Shown here in pieces: positions 57,972-64,000 of a stretch of 64,000 bases of DNA. The notes beneath the pieces were generated by a model. That model had not been told where the DNA came from and made no database searches. It saw nothing but the letters and a program-made list of their open reading frames with translations. Numbering within the stretch: the stretch's first letter is position 1; the number at the start of each line of letters is the position of its first letter. The position numbers were made by a program, and so were the translations under genes. The DNA comes from Gammaproteobacteria bacterium (lineage in GTDB: Bacteria; Pseudomonadota; Gammaproteobacteria; Steroidobacterales; Steroidobacteraceae): positions 10,389 through 74,388 of the forward strand of contig JAYVJR010000047.1 of assembly GCA_043769085.1 (NCBI GenBank). The letters run 5' to 3'.

Positions 57972-58903
57972 TCACTGTCAAAAATGTCAGCAAGCAATAT
58001 GGTGCCACGACCGTCGTCGACGACGTATCGATGCACATCGAGCGCAATTCCATCTGCGCGATTGTCGGCAGCTCCGGCTCCGGCAAGACCACGCTGCTGC
58101 GCATGATCAACCGACTGGTCGAACCGAGCCGTGGCCAGATACTGATCGACGGCAACGATGCGGCGCTCGAGGCGCCGCATCTGCTGCGCCGGCGCATCGG
58201 CTATGTCATTCAGGGCCACGGGTTGTTTCCGCATCGCAATGTGGCTGACAACATCGCCACGGTGCCGCGATTGTTAGGCTGGGAGGCGGCGCGCATCGCG
58301 GCGCGCGTCGCCGCGCTGCTGCAGGTGTTTGAGCTTGATCCCGCGAGCTTTGCTCACAAGTTTCCGCATCAGCTGTCGGGCGGACAGCAACAGCGTGTCG
58401 GCGTGGCGCGGGCACTCGCCGCCGAACCGGCGCTGCTGCTGATGGATGAGCCCTTCGGTGCGCTCGATCCCATCATTCGCGACAAGGCGCAGGATGACCT
58501 GCTCGCCGTGCAACGCAAATTCGGTACGACCATCGTGCTCGTGACGCATGACATCGACGAAGCTTTTCGACTCGGCCATCGAGTCGCAGTGATGAGCGCC
58601 GGCCGCGTGCTGCAGTTCGACCGTCCGGCCGAGTTGCTGCGCCAACCCGCGGATGAGATGGTGGCGCGCATGATTGGCACCGCGGATCGCGCGCTGCGGC
58701 TGCTGTCGTTGACCAGTGCGGGCGAAGCGGCAGTCGCGGGCAGTGCCGCGGGACCCGCGGTCAATGCGTCGGCCAGCCTGCGCGACGTGTTGTCGGAACT
58801 CCTGTGGCGCGGCGCCGATGGCGCCACAGTGTTAGACGCCGCCGGTAAACCGGTCGGCCAGTTGAGCCTGGCAGGCATACTCGCGCGCGGGCGGTCTGCC
58901 TGA
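57968..58903 (+). CDS. ABC transporter ATP-binding protein (YehX-like)
   Basis: Walker A GSSGSGKTT, signature LSGGQQQRV, Walker B LLLMDEPF. ATGA overlap upstream. Confidence 0.93.
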   Translation: MITVKNVSKQYGATTVVDDVSMHIERNSICAIVGSSGSGKTTLLRMINRLVEPSRGQILIDGNDAALEAPHLLRRRIGYVIQGHGLFPHRNVADNIATVPRLLGWEAARIAARVAALLQVFELDPASFAHKFPHQLSGGQQQRVGVARALAAEPALLLMDEPFGALDPIIRDKAQDDLLAVQRKFGTTIVLVTHDIDEAFRLGHRVAVMSAGRVLQFDRPAELLRQPADEMVARMIGTADRALRLLSLTSAGEAAVAGSAAGPAVNASASLRDVLSELLWRGADGATVLDAAGKPVGQLSLAGILARGRSA

Positions 58904-59643
58904 TGCGCTGGATCACAGCGGTGGTGCGCTTCGCAGCGCTAGCGCTGCTGGTGGCGTTTCTGGGGACACCGCAGACGTTTGCGCCCTGGCTTGCGCCGCT
59001 GACAGAATTCGGCGCGCCGCCGATCTACGACCAGGGCAACCTGCTGACGCTGGCGTTAGCACATCTCGGCACAGTCTGCGTCGCGGCGCTCGCGAGCAGC
59101 ATCGTGGCCGTAGGCCTCGGAATCTGGGTGACGCGACCGAGCGGCGCGGAATTTCTGCCCTTGTCGCGCAGTCTGGTGAACATCGGTCAGACGTTTCCGC
59201 CCGTCGCGGTGCTGGCGGTCGCCGTACCGCTGGTAGGTTTTGGATTCAAGCCGACGTTGATCGCGCTGTTTGCCTACGGCTTGCTGCCGATCTTCGAGAA
59301 CACCCTGGTTGGGCTGCGAACCTGCCCGCCCGCGGTCCTGGAAGCCGCGAGCGCCATGGGCATGAATGCCCGTCAGCGATTGTGGTCGGTGGAATTGCCC
59401 TTGGCTCTGCCGCTTATCCTGGTAGGCGTGCGTCTGTCGCTGGTAATCAGCGTCGGCACGGCAACCATCGGCTCCACGGTCGCGGCCAAGGGACTGGGCG
59501 AAGTGATCATTGCCGGCCTGCTGTCGAACAACACAGCCTTCATCCTGCAGGGCGCACTGGTGACGGGTTTGATGGCTATCTTGCTTTACGATGGAATGAC
59601 AATTCTGGAGCAGCGCCTATGCCGCCACAGCCGCGTCGATTGA
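58903..59643 (+). CDS. ABC transporter permease (YehW-like)
   Basis: 246-aa polytopic protein with EAA loop AASAMGMNARQRLWSVELPLA. Its start overlaps the upstream stop. Confidence 0.9.
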   Translation: MRWITAVVRFAALALLVAFLGTPQTFAPWLAPLTEFGAPPIYDQGNLLTLALAHLGTVCVAALASSIVAVGLGIWVTRPSGAEFLPLSRSLVNIGQTFPPVAVLAVAVPLVGFGFKPTLIALFAYGLLPIFENTLVGLRTCPPAVLEAASAMGMNARQRLWSVELPLALPLILVGVRLSLVISVGTATIGSTVAAKGLGEVIIAGLLSNNTAFILQGALVTGLMAILLYDGMTILEQRLCRHSRVD

Positions 59644-59700
59644 ATCACGGCGCGTTTGCAAGCTAACAAATCCGGCAGACAATTCGTTACTATAGCGCGC

Positions 59701-60663
59701 ATGACAGACACCCCCGATCAGGACCTGACGGCCGTCCTCGCCGCCGCGAGCCAGCGCGCGCCAGGGGTCGAATGGCCGACGCTGCTGCTGATCCTCGGAA
59801 CCTACTGCGCCTGGCTGGCGCTTACGGCCGCTTACATCCAACTGCCATTCATGATCGTCGCGCCGTTGCTCGTGCTGCTTCTCGCGCTGTATGGTTCCCT
59901 ACAGCATGAAACCATTCACTCCCATCCGACGAGCAACACCTCGATCAACCGCGCCGTGACCGCGGTGCCGCTGCTGCTGTGGCTGCCCTATGAACGCTAT
60001 CGCGCCAATCATCTGAAACACCACCATGACGAGCGGCTCACCGATCCACTCGATGACCCGGAATCCTTTTACTGGACGCCGCAGGAGTGGCGGCAGCTGA
60101 ACCCGGTGACGCGCGCGATCTTCTACGCGCAGCAGACTCTCGCCGGCCGCATTTTCCTCGGCTCGTGGTGGGTCATCGGCCAGTTCTGGCGCAGCGAAAT
60201 CCGCGGCTTGATTCGCAACGAACAAAACCTGCGCCGCGACTGGTGCGTGCACCTGCTGCTGTGCGTGCCTGTGGTGCTGTGGGTGACTCAGGTCTGCGAC
60301 ATGCCTTTCTGGCTGTACGTGCTCGCACTGGTCATTCCCAGCAATGGCATCCTGTTGATTCGCTCCTTTGCGGAACACCGCGCGCGGCCCACAGTGCGGC
60401 AACGCATCGCCATTGTCGAAGGATCGAGATTGCTGGGTCCGTTATTCCTGTTCAACAGTTTGCACGCGCTGCATCACGCGGCTCCGGGCGTAGCCTGGTA
60501 CCGCCTCAACGCATTGTACCGCCGCACGCGCGCACAACTGCTCGCGGACAATGGCGGGCTCGTCTATCAGAGCTATATTGACGTGGCGCGGCGCTTCCTG
60601 TTCCGCGCCCATGATCTGCCGGTGCATCCGCAAGGACGGGTACCGTCGACTCAGGCAGGTTGA
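59701..60663 (+). CDS. Membrane fatty-acid desaturase family protein
   Basis: Three His boxes: HETIHSH, HLKHHH, HALHH. Hydrophobic N-terminal segments. Confidence 0.88.
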   Translation: MTDTPDQDLTAVLAAASQRAPGVEWPTLLLILGTYCAWLALTAAYIQLPFMIVAPLLVLLLALYGSLQHETIHSHPTSNTSINRAVTAVPLLLWLPYERYRANHLKHHHDERLTDPLDDPESFYWTPQEWRQLNPVTRAIFYAQQTLAGRIFLGSWWVIGQFWRSEIRGLIRNEQNLRRDWCVHLLLCVPVVLWVTQVCDMPFWLYVLALVIPSNGILLIRSFAEHRARPTVRQRIAIVEGSRLLGPLFLFNSLHALHHAAPGVAWYRLNALYRRTRAQLLADNGGLVYQSYIDVARRFLFRAHDLPVHPQGRVPSTQAG

Positions 60664-61466
60664 GCGTATCCGGCCTGCACGGCCTCTCGATCCCAAGCGA
60701 GCAGTTCTGCATACGATGCGACATCCACGCTCGCAAAACCGTCGAGCAATAAACTATCGGCCAGACTCTCGAACCAGGGGCGCGTCCTGGCATTCAGGAA
60801 CGCGGCACGCAGCGCCTGGACCATCGTAGCCGGCGCAGTGCCAGATGCGACGAACGCCGGCAACGGTGCCGGTTCAGTCGCATCGAGCACGCGAATGTCC
60901 TGCGTCAAGCTCGGTGCGTGTTTCGCGATCAATGTATGCCAATAGGAATCTAACGGGCCGATATCGATGTGCCCCTCACGAACGCTGTCGAGCACCTTGC
61001 GAGCGGTGATGAGGTCTCCCTGCATCTGGCCGTAGAGCCTGGGCCGTGCGTGCGTCCGGTAGCGCAGCAGATGATGTCGAAACGCATTGAACCCGGAATG
61101 CGAGTGCGCAACGGTGAAACCCGCGCGGCCGCCGAAACTGTCTTCCAGGGTCTGGAAAGCGGCGTCGCGATGTACGATCAGGTCACTGCGATACAGCGCG
61201 CGGCCCGCCGCCCAGGCAGCGCGCGGAATTGGCGCCGCAATCGGTGTCACCGGCGCGAGTTGCGTCGCGATTGGCAAGCCGCACATAAACACCGCGCCGA
61301 GGTCCGGCCGAGCCCAGAGTTGCTCAAGCGGCTGCGGCGCTGGGTAGGAAACATAGCTCATGCGCACACCGGCATCGTCCGCGACATGCTGCAGCAATTC
61401 GCGCCAGGCGGCCTCAACGTCCGGCGTCACCGCATACATGCGGGCGTTCATCAACCAGGCTGTCAT
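60651..61466 (-). CDS. PhnD/transferrin-type substrate-binding-fold protein without obvious signal peptide (tentative)
   Basis: Start MTAWLMNARMYAVTP overlaps the MttB-family stop (ATGA). The family call rests on overall pattern only. Confidence 0.6.
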   Translation of the reverse strand: MTAWLMNARMYAVTPDVEAAWRELLQHVADDAGVRMSYVSYPAPQPLEQLWARPDLGAVFMCGLPIATQLAPVTPIAAPIPRAAWAAGRALYRSDLIVHRDAAFQTLEDSFGGRAGFTVAHSHSGFNAFRHHLLRYRTHARPRLYGQMQGDLITARKVLDSVREGHIDIGPLDSYWHTLIAKHAPSLTQDIRVLDATEPAPLPAFVASGTAPATMVQALRAAFLNARTRPWFESLADSLLLDGFASVDVASYAELLAWDREAVQAGYAQPA

Positions 61467-62998
61467 GTCGCGCCAAGTTCGCGCGTGCGACGTGCGACAT
61501 ACTCGTCCAGCGCTTCTTTGATCGCAGGATCGAGCGGCGGCGCAACGTACTCCGCTAACAATTTTTTCCAGATGCCGGTGGCGCGTTGCGTGGCATTGAG
61601 TGCACCAGCGTCCTGCCATTTCTCGAAATTGCTCCAGTCGGACAGCAGTGGTCGATAAAAAGCCGCTTCATAGCGCGCCAGCGTATGTGGGGCGCCGAAA
61701 AAATGCCCGCCTGCCGGAACCTGGGCAATGGCATCGACCGCCAGATCGTCGTCGCTGAAGCTAACAGGTTTAAGGATCTCCGCCCAATTGCGCAGCAGCT
61801 CGGCATCGACGACAATTTTTTCCAGTGACGCGGATAGGCCACCTTCCAGCCAACCAGCAGCGTGATTAATCAAGTGACTGTGACTCAGGATGGCTGCCTG
61901 CAATGAAAACGCCGTCTCGTAGGTCGACTGCGCGTCAACTGCGGGCGATGCGTTGACGGCGCTGGTGCGCACCGGAATCTTGAGATGCCGGCCAATTTGC
62001 GCGCTGGCGATGACCGCCTGCACATACTCCGGTGTGCCAAACGCAGGCGATCCCGTGCGCATATCGACGTTCGATGTGAAACTGCCGAGCACGCACGGTG
62101 CACCGGGCCGCAGCATCTGGCACAAAACAATCACCGCCAGGGCTTCTGCGGTCTGCTGGACCAAGGCGCCAGCTAACGTGATAGGCGCCATTGCGCCCAT
62201 CAGCGTAAAAGGCGTAATGACGACGCACTGACCATGGCGCGCCATCACCATGATGTTATCGAGAATCTCCTCGTCCACCCGGCGTGGCGAATTGACGTTC
62301 GTCACAGTCATCAGCGTCGGCCGTGCTGCGAGATCCTGGATACTGCAGCCATGCTCGATGGCCGACATCGCAATGGCATCCTCTGCCTGCACGCCACCGA
62401 CGCCGCGCGCTGCCCAGACGATGTCGGAGCATTCGACATGCGCCTGATAGGCGGCAAGGTGCCTAATCGGAACCGGCACATCGACCGGCTCGACCACGAT
62501 GCCGCCTTGCCAGTGCAGAATACCGAGCGCATGCGTGAGACGCAGAATATCGCGGAAACCCTGCAGATTGCCGTAACGACGACCCTCTACTGCATCGCTG
62601 ATGTTAGGTGCGCCGTTGACGGGTCCGAAATTCACGACGTTGCCGCCGACCTGCAAATGCCGCTGCGCATTGCGCGCGTGAAGGGTAAATTGCTCCGGCG
62701 CATGGGCGAGGCAGGCTTGGACCACCTCACGTTCCAGGCGCACGATCTGGGTTTCCGGATCGACGCGCGCACCACCTCGACGGAATACATCGAGCGCCGC
62801 GACGCTGCGAATCTCAATCCCGGTCTCTTCCAGCACACGATAGGCCGCCCGCATGATTCGCTCAAGCTGCTCACCACTGAGTACCTCGAGTGGCGGCCAA
62901 GGATTGCTCAGACGTGGCAGTGGCGCCAGCGCCGCGCCGGTTGCGCGGGGCACGCGATTGCGGTCGCGCCGGCGAGATCCTGACGAGGCCTCAGTCAT
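61463..62998 (-). CDS. MttB-superfamily (trimethylamine methyltransferase-like) protein, non-pyrrolysine type
   Basis: 511 aa and uninterrupted, with no in-frame TAG. MttB-like TIM-barrel pattern along the full length. Confidence 0.9.
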   Translation of the reverse strand: MTEASSGSRRRDRNRVPRATGAALAPLPRLSNPWPPLEVLSGEQLERIMRAAYRVLEETGIEIRSVAALDVFRRGGARVDPETQIVRLEREVVQACLAHAPEQFTLHARNAQRHLQVGGNVVNFGPVNGAPNISDAVEGRRYGNLQGFRDILRLTHALGILHWQGGIVVEPVDVPVPIRHLAAYQAHVECSDIVWAARGVGGVQAEDAIAMSAIEHGCSIQDLAARPTLMTVTNVNSPRRVDEEILDNIMVMARHGQCVVITPFTLMGAMAPITLAGALVQQTAEALAVIVLCQMLRPGAPCVLGSFTSNVDMRTGSPAFGTPEYVQAVIASAQIGRHLKIPVRTSAVNASPAVDAQSTYETAFSLQAAILSHSHLINHAAGWLEGGLSASLEKIVVDAELLRNWAEILKPVSFSDDDLAVDAIAQVPAGGHFFGAPHTLARYEAAFYRPLLSDWSNFEKWQDAGALNATQRATGIWKKLLAEYVAPPLDPAIKEALDEYVARRTRELGAT

Positions 62999-63202
62999 CG
63001 TTAGTACACAAGCATCATGCAGTGAAAATACCCTTAAGCGATACCGGTGCGCCAGCGGCCATGGAAAAAAGCTGACGAGAACGTGATCATTGGCGGCAGT
63101 TGGGTCGGCTGCTCCGCCCGCGCGTGCGCAGCGTGACCGGAACGCCGGGTTACAATGGCGCCTGTGCCATTCTGACGCAGCGTTGCTCCGGAGTTTTTAA
63201 GC

Positions 63203-64000
63203 GTGAGTGAGTCTTCCGAACCGACAGGCACCGTTGCGACGGCCATCGCCCATGCGGCGCGCCTGCTTGAGGTAGATCCGGCACTCGCCGCCGAGCAGGC
63301 GACGGAAATTCTGCGCATGGTCCCGAACCACCCGCCCGCGATGTTATTGCTGGCCACCGCGCATCGGCGTTCGGGCAATCCGAGCGGGGGACTGCAGGTG
63401 TTAGAGCCTCTGATTCACGCGCAACCCAATTGGGCAGCCGCGCACTTCGAGCATAGTCTTGCATTGGCCAGCATCGGGCGCGGCGACTTTGCAATGCAGG
63501 CGCTCCGCAAAGCGCTGCACTTGAAACCCCGGCATCCCGACGCCTGGCGGGTACTGGCAGATCACTTGCTGGCGACGGGCGATTCAACGGGTGCCGATGC
63601 GGCCTACGCGCGTCATATTCAATGCTCGACGCAAAATCCGCAGCTGCAACAGGCTGCCGCGGCGATGCTCAAGAATGACATTCCGACCGCCGAGGCACTG
63701 CTGAAGAAGCACCTGAAGCAGGCGCCCACCGATGTGCCCGCGATACGCATGCTGGCGGAGGTCGCCGTACGCTGCGGCCAGGACGAAGACGCTGAGCGCT
63801 TGCTGGTGCGCTGCCTGGAGCTGGCGCCAACTTTCTCCGCCGCGCGTTACAACTATGCGACGCTCTTGCATCGGCGCAATAAGGCCGCAGCAGCACTTGT
63901 TGAAGTCGAGCGCCTGCTGGCCATCGATGCTAACAACCCGAGTTATCGCAATCTGTGCGCCGTCATACTAAGCCGGGTCGGCGAGGTCCAGCGTTCGAGC
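63203..64000 (+). CDS. TPR-repeat protein, N-terminal part (3' end outside window)
   Basis: Open from GTG 63203 to the window end, so it is absent from the ORF track (no stop). TPR-like helices (LKPRHPDAWRVLADHLLATGD, ELAPTFSAARYNYATLLHR). Confidence 0.6.
   Translation, partial: MSESSEPTGTVATAIAHAARLLEVDPALAAEQATEILRMVPNHPPAMLLLATAHRRSGNPSGGLQVLEPLIHAQPNWAAAHFEHSLALASIGRGDFAMQALRKALHLKPRHPDAWRVLADHLLATGDSTGADAAYARHIQCSTQNPQLQQAAAAMLKNDIPTAEALLKKHLKQAPTDVPAIRMLAEVAVRCGQDEDAERLLVRCLELAPTFSAARYNYATLLHRRNKAAAALVEVERLLAIDANNPSYRNLCAVILSRVGEVQRSS

Noticed and set aside
61463-62998. Pyrrolysine (in-frame TAG) in the MttB-family gene.
   Set aside because: The ORF runs uninterrupted for 511 codons with no internal TAG, so it is the non-Pyl type.

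Overview
GC-rich (about 60% by eye) Gram-negative, probably proteobacterial, chromosomal DNA. It is densely coded, with no rRNA, tRNA or CRISPR found. I read five blocks. (1) 1-9.4 kb: a LacI-family regulon. Five copies of one 16-bp palindromic operator precede a TonB-dependent receptor, an MFS transporter, two signal-peptide NAD(P)-binding paralogs, a YcnI-like protein and a SAM methyltransferase. (2) 9.8-13.3 kb: miscellaneous genes (aldo/keto reductase, HisD-like dehydrogenase, glycine-zipper surface protein). (3) 13.7-23.9 kb: tauE divergent from a tightly coupled cysJ-cysI-cysH-cysG operon that continues into a HemC/HemD-like fusion, hemB and a 5-aminolevulinate synthase. Together these would supply siroheme from glycine and succinyl-CoA. 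(4) 24.2-46.1 kb: the most unusual block. It holds an ECF sigma factor with two TPR receptor Ser/Thr kinases. It also holds a five-gene operon (DUF4384-like protein, short TpsA, OmpA-like, TpsB, secreted WD40-caspase), three exoprotein genes and an IS66 remnant. Four transcription units in it share a promoter-like motif, GRCCG-N16-CTGTT, with identical spacing. I know of no characterised system with this combination. (5) 46.7-63 kb: a catabolic island with three DUF1838-like paralogs, a TonB receptor, a Tat-signal C-N hydrolase, a DMGDH-like enzyme, a yehZYXW-type ABC transporter, a desaturase and a non-Pyl MttB-family methyltransferase. A partial TPR gene follows. All family calls come from motifs read in the ORF translations; nothing was searched or aligned by software. 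Start codons are my predictions.
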